This document shows positions 1-12,271 of a stretch of DNA of 64,000 nucleotides, piece after piece. The notes beneath the pieces are model-generated. The model ran no database searches and was not told where the DNA came from. It worked only from the letters and a program-made list of their open reading frames with translations. The stretch spans positions 29,358,263 to 29,422,262 of the forward strand of contig NC_068983.1 in assembly GCF_001194135.2 (NCBI RefSeq), read 5' to 3'. The position numbers and the translations under genes are program-made. Source of the DNA: Octopus bimaculoides. Lineage: Eukaryota. Position 1 is the stretch's first letter. Every line of letters starts with the position of its first letter.

Positions 1-313
1 GGACTGGGCGTTGTGAGTGTTTATTGAGTGAAAACACCTAAAGCTCCACGAGGCCGCAGCAGGGGATGGTGGCGAACCCTGCTGTACTCTTCCACCACAA
101 CTTTCTCTCACTCTTTCTTCCTGTTTCTGTTGTGCTTGTAATTCAAAGGGTCAGCCTTGTCACACTGTGTCACGCTGAATATCCCCGAGAACTACGTTAA
201 AGGTATACGTGTCTGTGGAGTTCTCAGTCACTTGCACGTTAATTTCACAAGCAGGCTGTTCCGTTCATCGGATCAACTGGAACCCTCGACGTCGCAAGCG
301 ACGGAGTGCCATC
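1..313 (+). mobile_element. tRNA-derived SINE (family A), 5'-truncated by the window edge
   Basis: Nearly identical to the body of the full copy at 34904-35296. Confidence 0.85.
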
Positions 314-1625
314 ATATATATATATATAGTTGAAAATATATAATAAATGCACAAACAAACGAGAAACAGGCATAGATGGACACCAGCTCCTCATCAGTTA
401 CTAGGCTATCACAATTTTTTGCTTACCTGTGGCACATGTTGCCAGGAACTGGGGAGCCAACAAGGAAAACAAGACAGAAAATGTACAAACAAGAATGCGA
501 TACAATCAACATACAAATGTGGAATAAATGTACTCCAAAACAAGACAGTTAGTAGCTGTATGACAGACAGAAGTAAACAAACAAAATAAGGCCTTAGGGC
601 CAGACAGGAGACGAAAATAGTCAACGCTGAGGGAATATCCTGAAGGAATTTCGCAGAGAGACAGTGAAGGGGTAATAGATTGGGAGACAAGAAAATGCTG
701 ATATATATATATATATACACACATATATATATACATATATATATATACATATAACATCTGTGATTAAGTATTGTTTCTAACTAGTTTTCTTTTGTTCATG
801 TATTTAAAACTCAAGTATAAATTAATGTCTGAAGAGGAACAAAGTACAATATTGCTTCTGTAAAGTAATTTGATTCCAAGATCCTTTCTAATCAAGAAAA
901 CATTTTACCTAAGTTAGCATTGTGGAGGTAAGCCTGCCTTGAGTCTCCAGTCTTACAAGACAGGAGCTTATCCTAGCCTCTGACAACATTTTGGCAACTC
1001 AAACTACTAGACTCTCTGCTAAATGGGATGCCAGTCCATTGTAAAGTTAACTCCCAACTGCTACTGGTAAATTATTTTCAGCTGAATTGTCTGGACTATG
1101 TGATATGAAATGCTTTACTCAAAGATACACTATGCCACCCGGTTTGAGAATTGAACTCAGGAAATGCCAACTTTGAGCTCAATGCCCTAACCACCAGGCT
1201 AAATGTCTTCACTATGGAAGTAATGTTTAGAGATTATTAGTATACATTATTTTCTCTGTTACATATTTCAGTTGTGTCACACATAGAATGCAATCATGTT
1301 AGTGCCGTATAAAATGTACTCAAGCTGGTGCTACAAAAATGCACTTGTGCCAGTGCTGTGTAAATGCATCTGTGACAGTGATGCATAAAAAGCACCCGGC
1401 ACACTCTGTAAAGTGGTTGGCATTAGGAAGGGCATCTAGCTGTAGAAACCATGCCAAAACAGACGACTGGAGTCAAGACAGCTCCATGGCTGACCGACTC
1501 CTGTCAAACCGTCCAATGCATGCCAGCATGGAAAAAAAATGATGATGATGGTGATAATAATATCACATTCAACAGATAATTTTCATTATTTTAAAGATGT
1601 GCACAATGATGACAGGTATACTTAC

Positions 1626-1679
1626 AATCTATCAATGCAAAGGTCTTGTTTTTCAAAAAGTGGAACATTTTTATCGGCT
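1626..1679 (-). CDS. InR: Insulin receptor FnIII-1 short exon containing the dimer-Cys (INSR Cys524-equivalent) motif
   Basis: ttttatcaatttcag|A ... AGA TT|gtaagt; 54 nt, phase 2-2. ADKNVPLFEKQDLCIDR aligns to INSR YQNVTEFDGQDACGSNS. Confidence 0.88.
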
Positions 1680-1787
1680 CTGAAATTGATAAAAGCAACA
1701 TAATTAAAATTAATTTAAGATCATTTAGCAAATTAACATCAAAACTGGAATAAAAACAAAAAAGAAATTTTTCATGGAAAATGGCTA

Positions 1788-1962
1788 GGCGCAGGAGTGG
1801 CTGTGTGGTAAGTAGCTTGCCTACCAACCACATAGTTCCGGGTTCAGTCCCAGTGCGTGGCATCTTGGGCAAGTGTTTTCTACTATAGCCTCAGGCCGAC
1901 CAAAGCCTTGTGAGTGGATTTGGTAGACGGAAACTGAAAGAAGCCTGTCGTATATATGTATG

Positions 1963-1997
<35 letters not shown>

Positions 1998-2203
1998 TTG
2001 TGTGTCTGTGTTTGTCCCCCTAGCATTGCTTGACAAACCGATGCTGGTGTGTTTATGTCTCCGTCACTTAGCGGTTTGGCAAAAGCGACCGATAGAATAA
2101 GTACTAGGTTTACAAAGAATAAGTCCCGGGGTCGATTTGCTCAACTAAAGGCGGTGCTCCAGCATGGTCACAGTCAAGTGACTGAAACAAGTAAAAGAGT
2201 AAA
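1788..2203 (+). mobile_element. SINE family B (tRNA-like head, internal (TA)n(TG)n, GTAAAAGA tail)
   Basis: ggcgcaggagtggctgtgtggtaag...ggttcagtcc head; many near-identical copies in the window. Confidence 0.88.
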
Positions 2204-2877
2204 GAGAGTGTGGTAAGAAGTCTGCTTCCCAACCACACAGTTCTGGGTTCAGTCCCACTGTGTGGCACCTCGGGCAAGTATCTTCTACTATAGCCCTGGG
2301 CCAGCCAAAGCCTTGTTACTGGATTTAGTAGATAGAAGCTGGAAGAAGCACCTTTTACAGGTGTGTGGTGGTGTCTCCTTGTTATGATATCACATGACAG
2401 TTATAAATGAGTATCACTGTTACACAAGGAGTGTCATTCATTTCCAATATTCTGCAAGGATAAAATCTGGCCAAGGGGAAATGTTGCATTGCTTGGAAAC
2501 AGGTGAGGGTTGGCAGTAGGAAGGGTATCTAGCTATAGAAAATCTGTCTCAAATAAATTCAGCCTGACCCATGCAAGCATGGAAAAGTGGACGTTGAAAT
2601 GATGATGATGGTGATGACGATGCATATAGTATAAGTGAGGTTACTAAGTTCACTTTGAAATCAAGTGGTTTTAAGTTCAGTTTCACTGTGTGGCACCTTG
2701 AGCAAGTGTGTCGTACTATAGCCATGGGTCAACCAATGCCTTTTGAGTGGAATTCATAGACAGAAATTGGGAAGAACCAGTGGTTGTTCTTAATGTTTAT
2801 GAAAAGAGGTTGGATTATTATGAGAATAATGTAAACTTAGTGAAAGAGTTATAAGCAAAGCAGAAGGAAACCAGGAA

Positions 2878-2996
2878 ATATATATATATAGATGTTTTCG
2901 ATCTAGTTTGGATTCTTTGCCATCAAATTTGAATTCTTTGCAATCAAATTTGATGGCAAAGAATCCAAACTAGATCGAAAATATCTATATATATAT
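2878..2996. repeat. Near-perfect inverted repeat (about 53-bp arms, 11-nt loop)
   Basis: atatagat(g/a)ttttcgatctagtttggattctttgccatcaaatttga, loop attctttgcaa, then the reverse complement; 1 mismatch. Confidence 0.9.
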
Positions 2997-3012
2997 AAAA
3001 CTATATCATATA

Positions 3013-3139
3013 CAGGGTGTCCACAAAGTCTGGGTACATGGGGATTAACACATACTTTAAGAAATTATTATTTTTTATATTTAATTGTTTATGTTATGAT
3101 TTTGTTTACTCCATGTACCCAGACTTTGTGGATACCCTG
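3013..3139. mobile_element. Tc1/mariner-type MITE
   Basis: 29-bp TIRs CAGGGT(G/A)TCCACAAAGTCTGGGTACATGG with 1 mismatch; TA at 3011-3012 and 3140-3141. Confidence 0.88.
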
Positions 3140-3257
3140 TATAAGGTTAGGGAAGCTTCACTTAGACACAAGCTAATATAGGGACTCCTGTACTATAGCT
3201 CCAACTGCTAGGAAGGTACATCTTCACACTACACCGTACCATCATTTAAATAATGTA

Positions 3258-3301
<44 letters not shown>

Positions 3302-3340
3302 CTAAAAGAAAAAATAAATGATAACTAAATTTGAACTTAC

Positions 3341-3467
3341 ACTTCACGATAATATATAACATAACCAAGCATTTCTCGAGAATCATCCATTTCAAACCTG
3401 TTCCATTTCAAAATCGCAAATGCTGAAGCAGTTGATATAATAGTGAGGTTCAAATTTTTGGTCTGAC
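3341..3467 (-). CDS. InR: Insulin receptor FnIII-1 domain, first exon
   Basis: ttttaaattctag|GT ... GAA GT|gtaagt; 127 nt, phase 1-2. QTKNLNLTIISTASAFAILKWNRFEMDDSREMLGYVIYYRE(V) matches the W...D.R.LLG....Y.E pattern. Confidence 0.94.
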
Positions 3468-3839
3468 CTAGAATTTAAAACAAAGAAGAAAAATCAATTT
3501 TATTTTCAAGATGTAAAGTAATATTTTACAGGCATATCTAGAATTATGTAAAATATAGTCTATAAATAAGGTGGATTATTTTATTTTAGGACCAGGAGAA
3601 GTAATATTCTATAAAAGAGTTGGGTGGAAGGGACTCTTTAGTCTGGTTTTGCTGAGAACAGAACAACCTCTCTATTGCAGGTGCCAAAAATTAAACCTAA
3701 TTATCAGTCTATCAACACAGTGGTTCCCAGTAAGAACTGACTAAATTGTGATGAATTTGTTCAACCCATTCCAGCATGGAAAACAAATGTAAAAATTGAT
3801 AATAAAAAAAAATAATTTTCTTCTTAAATCAAACACCAT

Positions 3840-6050
3840 TACCACTGTCATTTTACAACTGTTTTCCCATGCTTGCATGGGTCAGAAGAGTTTTCTGCAG
3901 CAAAGCATCCCAACTATTTTTGCTGTCCTCCTTTATGACATTCAACCTTCAGAGATTAGCTTCAGATATCTCTCGTGTCTTCTTCTCTTGCATTTAAGTT
4001 CCTTTCATCTGGATTACCTAGCACACTTTTATCTGACTAGCCATACACATCACATGATCTTACCATTGCATTCTGTTATCTTGTACATTACATTTGATTC
4101 CTTTTATACCCAGTTTTTTCCAACACACAGTTCATCTGTTCTCTATTGTTCCTAAACACCTGAAACACATATCTCACAGTGCATGCTTGCCCCATTTCTC
4201 TCCAGTTTTTGCACATCCTTCATTTTCAATACATATGGTTCACTACCATGTAACACTGCACTTTGTACACAAGCTCTATATAATCTGCCCTTCACTTAGA
4301 GAGAGAATCCCTTTGCTGCTGGCATACCAAGCCATTATCACTGTTCTTACTCCATTTTTTTAACCTCCTCCTCCACTGCTAATTAGGTCAGCTATGAGTG
4401 TTGTTACTGTTAGTCCAACTCTATTAGCTTGCTTGTGATTCCACTGCATTTCTTGTGTACTACACAACAAGCAATTCTTACCAATTCTTTTCCTGCAGAT
4501 TGAGCATGGCCATCTCCCAGATGGCAGGAGAGTACTGTCTTTTTCCTGCTAACTAAACATTTTGTTTTTATAAAGTTTTACTTGATTCTAAACTTTAATT
4601 CATATTTTGGAATTTCTTCTCCAACACCTTAACAAATTAGCCATGGATATTAAGTCATCAACATAGAGAATTTACACCTCTATCATAATGTAGAGAACAA
4701 CCAACAATAAATAGAAGGAGCTGAGAAGTGCGCCTTGATAGACACCTATCTATATCATAAAGATTCCAATCTACAGAAAACCTTGTTAAAATGTTTCTCC
4801 AGTTAAAACAAATATTAGTGTATTGTTCTTAGAAATGAACTTCTGTACTTGTCTCTGTAAGAAGAGGGCATCAATGGTATTTTGCCTAGTGCAAATTTAA
4901 ACTGCATCTCATCTAAGTTAATTCACATCCTAATCAGTTGTGCTATAACTATTTCTGTTACTACCATAACTTCATCCATTAGTTTGCTACCAGAGTAGTT
5001 GCTTCTCTCCAAAGTAATTTTACTTTTGTAGCAATTGATGATGATGATACTGTTACGCTAGTCATTGAATATGGCACCTTCCTGAACTAACTGGTTGTGG
5101 TTGATTAGTCAAGTGGTTTCAGCTCTGTTTCACCAGTTATTTTCAGCAACTCACCACTTTCATATCCTAAAAAGCTATTTCAACCATATAACTGTCAGTT
5201 TCACTAGCTGGTCCCTCAACTGAGTCTTCTTTAGCTCATTTTTATTCATCTCACACATTCTTTGCAACCAATTATTTCTTCTTGTATCACTTCTGAGCCT
5301 CTTTCATCTCATTGTTGTAAGAGTGATGCTGTCATTCCAAAGACACTTTATCCTAACCATAACTTTATTCATACTGATACACTACTTTGCAACATTAAAC
5401 ATCCCATGCTTCTGATTTTTATATTGTGAAACATTGGCAAACCTCTTGCTTTGTAAATGTGATGTCTAGCTTCTCTTCTAGCTACTTGATACTCTTTTTT
5501 ACTGCTCCATTTCTTCAAGTCTTTCCAAACCAGTCTTTTAACTTTCATGACTATCTACAGTAATAATCTGCTGGTATATCACCTTTTATCTGGATGATAC
5601 TTTGTTTCAACCACAAATTTTAAATGGGACTCACAGCAGGGGTTGTCTCACAGAAATACCTAGTTGTTCTTTATGTTTCAACCCTTTGGTATTCAGATTA
5701 CTTTGACAAAAGCAATGCTTATTTATTCACATTGCTTTGAATTAATCATGCATTATCTTGTGGCTTCGAAATTTCAATCTGATTGTTTATTTTTAGACTG
5801 ACATAGTAGGGTAGGTGTGACAAACTGGATCTGGCTGGTTTGAACATACAATAAATAGAATATTTGGCCCTGATACAGCAGGTTCAAATGCTTAAGTGTT
5901 AAGCCTCTATATCCACCTCTTTTTTTGCCATACGCATCACCCAGAATCTCTCTGAACTTATGTTTAGCAGCAGCAGTTTTTAAACCTTCTCTAGATCCTC
6001 TTGCACATCTAAGTCCACATAGCACCTACACTGAGGTCACTAACAATTAG
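3840..6050 (-). mobile_element. Decayed RTE-clade LINE fragments, interrupted by a MITE
   Basis: Broken frames resemble the RTE C-terminal region and pre-RT segments (VEGPA..., LRCARGSREGLKTA..KFRE). Many stops and frameshifts. Confidence 0.6.
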
Positions 6051-7377
6051 TCCATGTTTAATAGTACATTCTTCTCTAAGGGAAGTTTTAACATTCACAT
6101 CTATCAGTGTATACTTTCTCCTAGTAAGTATGAATAGCTTAAATATATTTGCGGGGAAAAAAAAAAGGTATCTAGCATTTCCTTCTGCTTATTTTATAAT
6201 TTTAAGTTGTTTTAGTTGTAGAAAATGAATCCTTTGAACTGTTTAATCTCAGGAAATAAATATGTATTAGTTTGAAACCATCCAATTGAAGAACAGATCT
6301 GTGTCAGTTTCATTCACAAACTTTCTAAGTTGTTCAATCAATGGAACTGCCTTCTCAATGTCAACCCACTGAGTATTCTCCCTACATTTGTATTTTTAAT
6401 ACAGACCTTAAGGCCTAATCAACATGACACAGCATGTGACCAGGTTAGCCCTTTAAATTATGGATAAGCCTACACACAATTTGTGTGAACATGCATGTGT
6501 CTGTGTATATCTATGTATATGTGTGTGAGTGTGTAGATAAATAGAAGGATCATGCACACACACACACACACATACACACACAAACTACCTACTTGTATTA
6601 CAGTGTACATGGCTGAGTATTCCAAGCACCTGTCCACTTCACATGATCAATATGTGACAAGGCTGGCCCTTTGGATTATTAGGCTTTCTCTCAGTCTGCA
6701 GCCAACTCATTTTCACAGGTAAGGTTTAGAGTTGCCTGAGGCTATTGGAAGAAAATATTTGCCCAAAAGGTCATGCAGTGAGATTGAACCCAGGAGTGAG
6801 CAATCAGAATACTCTCTAGTGGCACTCAAGCAACCAATTATTCTTATCCATCTGGCTCAAAGTCTTTTTCTATGTCAAAGTGCATGTGAACCCACTCCAC
6901 CTCTTGTGTATCTATAGCATTACAATTAAATACTGAAACATCTCCTATTATATTTACACATTTAAAGTGAATGCTTTTTGACTCCCTTAAGTGTAGCCTT
7001 TTTGGAAGAAAGCTAGAATATGTTCTTAAAATTCTTTAAAAAAAAAAGTAATTAAAAAGTTAGTATAAATTTGTATTTCTAACTTAAATATTTATAATTA
7101 CATTTTTACAATAAATAAAATTACATTATCTCACATATACTTAATAACGTTTTCTTTATTGTGTCCTTATTAAATTATTCTGAATTTAATACGGCTTTTA
7201 AATGAGAAAAGTAGCCCCATTGAGTCTAGAGAATTGAAATAACAAAGCAATTTTAATCAAATGCCTAATTAATGAACCGACTAGCAGGACCTATTTACAA
7301 GCTATACATTTTAAATTCTTGATTTGCCAATGTAACTTCCTCATAAAACAGTTACTTAATTTGCTTTTGTGTGTGTA

Positions 7378-7426
<49 letters not shown>

Positions 7427-7559
7427 GGCAATACCCCTATATACGAGTTAATTTGTTCCTGGAGAGTACTGGCAAAGCGGAGCAAAAATTTCCCATAGTA
7501 GCAATGTTACCAATTTGTTCCCAGAAAAAGGGCCATTTACTTGACAGGAAGAGAGTCTT

Positions 7560-8430
7560 ATCTGCTTTCTTGTTTACTACAACTTTGGGTTTTTCTCGGT
7601 TAACTTTACTGCCCTTTGATTCTAAGTTTTGCTTCCATATCTGGAATTTCATTTCCAATTCTGTTACATATTCCACTATGAAAGTGAGCTCATCAACATA
7701 TAATAGTTCCCATGGGATAAATAGGAGGGAACTGAGAACCAAGCTCTGGTGAACTCCTACTTATACACTAAATTCAACATTGTATTCATGGTTGATTCTC
7801 ACTTTACTGACAGTACCCTTATACATGGATTGCACAGCTCTAACAAGCCATTCGTCTACTCCTAACTTCCTTAGAAACCACCAGAAAACAAAGCAAAAGA
7901 CTCCGTCAAAAGCTTTTCCAAATCAACAAGTGCCAACTACAATGGTTTACTTTTAGCAAGATACTTCTGCAACTGCCTCACAAGGAAGAGTGCATCTATA
8001 ATACTGCCCCTCTGCACAAAACCAAAGTTCTCATCTAGTCTAATTTTTTTCCCTAATCAATCAGCTTATAACTCTCTCTCTGTTACTCTCATTGCCTGGT
8101 CCAGCAGTTTAATACTTCTGTAATTGTTTCTATCTGAGGTATCTCCTTTATCCTTGAAGCAGCTGACTATAAAGCTGCTACACCAGTCATTGGATGTAAC
8201 ACCTTGATTATATGGGTGGAGAAGCTCTGCAGTTGTATGCATAGACCCGGGTAAGGATTTTTTGAAGACTTGCAGCTGCTCATGCATGCAAGCCTCTCCT
8301 CTACATGCTACTGATAATGTTCTCAGGAAAGGCTGCCATTTCAGGGTTGATATAGCTAGGCAATGGGTTGGAATATATACCACAATGGATCTCACATAAT
8401 GCTATAACAGTTCTGCCAATCTACTACCCT
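7560..8430 (-). mobile_element. Decayed RTE-clade reverse transcriptase fragment
   Basis: KDKGDTSDRNNYRSIKLLDQAMRVTER; VGVHQSLVLSSLLFIPWELLYVDEL, a degenerate QG..LSP and YADD region. Confidence 0.8.
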
Positions 8431-8922
8431 GGACTGTTACCTTTTTATTGGTTTCAAAAGACAGAAAGGCAAAGTTAACCACGGCATGGTTTGAACATAG
8501 AATGCTGAGTATTGAAACAAATACTGTGAGACATTCTATTGAAAGCTCTAATGACCCCCACCAATTCACTGCTTTAAAATTTACATGTAAAATTATTTAC
8601 TATTTAAATACATTAATTGTTCTACAGAAAAGCATTAGTTATATCTCAATATCAGATTATACCATTGCTCCGCAACCTTTTTTCACTTGCGGTACACTTA
8701 TATTCTGATCAAAATTCGGAAGCACATCTGAACTAAAAATATAACTAATAGTATAGGGGAAAAAAATTTATATTCAAGTTATACTGTGGCACACCAGTGT
8801 GCCATGGCATACCGTTTGTGGAGCACTGGATTATACAGATACATGCAAATAGAAGGGGTGAAAAAAAAATGAACAAATACTTTGTATTATTTCATGTAAA
8901 ATATGAAAATATTTGTGCTTAC

Positions 8923-9137
8923 AAGGAATAAGATCACCATTGGAGGTAGATATGTCATGCTCTGTATGGTTGGAAGCATTCAATTTGGTATAATTCATTA
9001 GTTCTCGAATTTTGTGTTGGCACAAACGTCTGTTATCATGGAAAAACACCTTGCCTCGCTTTATAACCAGATTCTTTTCTACATCTTTAGAAAATAGCTC
9101 TTCAATGTTTTCATTATCTCTGAGGTAGAGAGCATAT
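8923..9137 (-). CDS. InR: Insulin receptor L2 domain, C-terminal exon
   Basis: ctcattttcag|A ... CCT T|gtaagc; 215 nt, phase 2-1. YALYLRDNENIEELFSKDVEKNLVIKRGKVFFHDNRRLCQHKIRELMNYTKLNASNHTEHDISTSNGDLIP(C). Confidence 0.95.
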
Positions 9138-10032
9138 CTGAAAATGAGAACAGATCATATAATCCTCTCAGTAGGGACCAGCAAAACATCAAACACAATG
9201 GTAAAACTTCATCTTGATTTTGTTGGTTAGTATCACCAATTAGAAGAACAATTAAACAACCTCTGAGACCAGAAATCAATCACTGCTGACAAAATGAGGG
9301 ATTATGCTAACACATAAATATCAAAATAGTGATGACTGAAACCTACAGAAAAATATCAGGCCAGAAATAAACTATAGACAATTTGAATTGACTGGAACAA
9401 TATATAGAAAGAAATCCCACGAGATCCTTGACAAATGGTGAAAAACTATTGTCCAAACTATATCATCAGGAGAAAAAGGAGAAAAAAAAAACATAAAATT
9501 GTAGTTGTCCTTGCCATCATCATCCACTTTTTCATGCTGGTACGAGTTAGATGAGACTTCTTAAAGTATTATTCTACAGCTGGATACCTTTCCAGTCACC
9601 AACCCATACCTGTTTATTAAGGTATTTTTTTATTGCACTGGAGAGGACTTATTGTTCACAGGAGACATAAACCCAGTATCAATGTCACCTACGTAGTGTT
9701 GATGCAAGAATATGTGGGAGGGAAAAAGAAAAAACATTCACACACATGTACATACACATATATATACAACAGGCTTCTGTGCAATATCTGTCTAAGTATT
9801 TCACTGACATGGCATTGGTCAGTTTGAGGCTACAATGAAAGAAGTAAGCCCAAGGTGTTATACAATAGGATGGAACCAGAAATCACATGGTTATGGAGCA
9901 ATGTTCATTTCCACATGGCCAAAGCTGCATCTAATGATGATAGTGAAATATCCTGTCTTCTGAATAAAAAATAATTATAAAATTTATTCTTACAAGTTTA
10001 AAAAGGAAAATCAAAGCAGAAACATTATCTAC

Positions 10033-10180
10033 CTATCATCTTCCAGTTTCTTGCCGTGTATAACCTTCAGGCTTTTGAAAGATGACAAAGATACTAAACC
10101 ATCTGACCTGGTAATTTTTATGAAATTGTGAACTTCTTCAATTTGCCCAAGATTTGCTTCCAGTTCTTGAGCAAGAACAC
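10033..10180 (-). CDS. InR: Insulin receptor L2 domain exon
   Basis: ttattttcag|GT ... GAT AG|gtagat; 148 nt, phase 1-2. [48 protein letters not shown](R) carries the ELEANLG..IEE motif of INSR. Confidence 0.96.
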
Positions 10181-10648
10181 CTGAAAATAATAAAGGAAAA
10201 AAAAAAAAATAATAAGAGTTAAAAAAACAAAGAGGTTTATGGTTATACTGCATATGTTTCACTATTGCAGTTATTTGGAACTCAGCATTGGATGTTCAAA
10301 GTGCATTTGGATGCCTAGCATTAATGGATCATCAAGGGGAGGGAGAGGTTTAGCCCAGCATGTATAGAGAAAATGAAGGAGAAATAGGTCACATTTTTTA
10401 GCATATGGATTCATAATCTTCTTTTCTATTGGCTGAGATAAGTAAAGACTGCCAAAAGTGCAATAATTTGATTAACAGGAACCAGTGTTAATTACAATTC
10501 TAGTTGAGCTCCAGCTCTGTACACATACATTTTCTATATTTATTTTATAAAATTGAGCCAGGGCTGGGCTAAATAAACATTGCCACTGGCCATATCCAGC
10601 CTCAGGGCTGTATATTTGATACCACTGATATGAAAGAAAAAAAATTAC

Positions 10649-10744
10649 CATTAAGATGTTGTAAAATCAATTCTCCTGTTATTTCAGTACAATCTTTTAG
10701 ACTTTGGATAGATGAGATACTCTTCACTTCTTTGGCAGGACATT
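10649..10744 (-). CDS. InR: Insulin receptor L2 domain, first exon
   Basis: tttttctcaatag|AA ... AAT G|gtaatt; 96 nt, phase 1-1. (K)CPAKEVKSISSIQSLKDCTEITGELILQHLN(G). Confidence 0.92.
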
Positions 10745-12087
10745 CTATTGAGAAAAATAGTAAAATTCATGAAATTTCATCAGTAACAATCTTGTAGTTT
10801 AATATGAAGTACTTTTTATAGTATGTTACAGTTTGAAGAAGAAGGTAATATTTCCTTTAATCCTCTGAACATACACAGCTCAATAGCCAGATCTGTTTTT
10901 CATGGATGATTACAAACAAATGTCATTGCTTTTGTATGAACAGTAAAGTTGCAATAAGCAAGCAAATATCAAGACAAGGAGACACAAACATATATATACA
11001 AACACACACACACACACATGTACAACAGGCTTTTGGCATTTTCCATCTTCTGAATTTACTCACAGAGTTTTGACCCAAAGATTTGTTTAAGACACCTCAC
11101 TCAAAGTACTTTGCATTGGGACTGAACCCCAAACCAAGCGACTGAGAAACAAAATTCTTAACAATCCAGCCTATCTTTTCCTTGTATATTAAAAACTGAG
11201 AAAGATCTAGAAGTTAATTGCTTATCATACAGTTCAGCAAAGTAAGACAAGAGTTATTATTTTACTCAAATTATAAATGTTGTAGACTTTTATAAACTGA
11301 AATATGCTCAAATCCAGGCCTTTTTAAGGATTGAATTTCTCATATGAAGAATAAATTACAGAGGAGTTAGCAGAAACAAACACTTTGTAAAAGAAGTAAT
11401 TCTTAATACTGTTTGCCATCACCATTACCTCTTCAATACAGGTAAGTGCATTGATAAAATACTAAATGCAATATCAGGAAACTTAAAAATGTTTCTACAT
11501 TTACAAGAATCTGAAACAGTTGCTTTGAGAATCGGGAATAGAGGAACAGAGTGAAAAAGACAGAAATGATACTATGAAAATGAATAATGTGCAAACAAGG
11601 GATTTTTGTTAGTCAGGTTATATAGACCAAATAATCTTTTCTACTAAATGTACAAGGCCTGAAATTTTTTGGGAGGGGAACTAGATGACTACATCAACCC
11701 CAGTGTTTCACTGGTACTTAATTTATCGACCCTGAAAGGATGGAGGGCAAAGTTGACCATGGCAGATTTTGAACTCAGAACACAAAGACGGACAAAATGC
11801 TTAGCAGCATTTTGCCCGGAGTGCTAACAATTCTGCCAGCTCGCCACCTTATATAGACCAAATAATAAACAAGAGTTTGTGAAGTGTGGTGCTGCATGAC
11901 TCAGACGGTAACGACCTCCACAAACTAAGCTAGCATGGAAAAGTGGGTGTGAAATGATGATGATGATGAAGAGGATGATAGTGATGAAAGTTGCTACAAT
12001 TCATTCTACATGAAATAAATCATTTTCAAAGATTTTAAGATAAGAAAAAAGAAATCAACTTAAAAAGATAATAATGCAATTACTAAC

Positions 12088-12271
12088 TTTTTGGACATCT
12101 GGCTTTGCACTTCAGGCACCTATTTGGATCATCTGGGTTTTCAATATATCCGACAGGGCAATGTTCGGTACAAAGGGCTGTCCTGTTAGTAGTCATGTTA
12201 GCTTCCAATAACTTGAAATTATATGCAACCGATCTACATTCTCTTTCAGTGAGGCAGCGGCGGTTTTTGAA
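12088..12271 (-). CDS. InR: Insulin receptor furin-like Cys-rich exon 2
   Basis: ttttgttttag|TTC ... AAA A|gttagt; 184 nt, phase 0-1. FKNRRCLTERECRSVAYNFKLLEANMTTNRTALCTEHCPVGYIENPDDPNRCLKCKARCPK. Confidence 0.95.

Noticed and set aside
347-757. Overlapping 80-113 aa ORFs near the left end as the next receptor exon
   Set aside because: No FnIII-like sequence in any frame I examined, and part of the region is (TA)n. The next exon probably lies outside the window.
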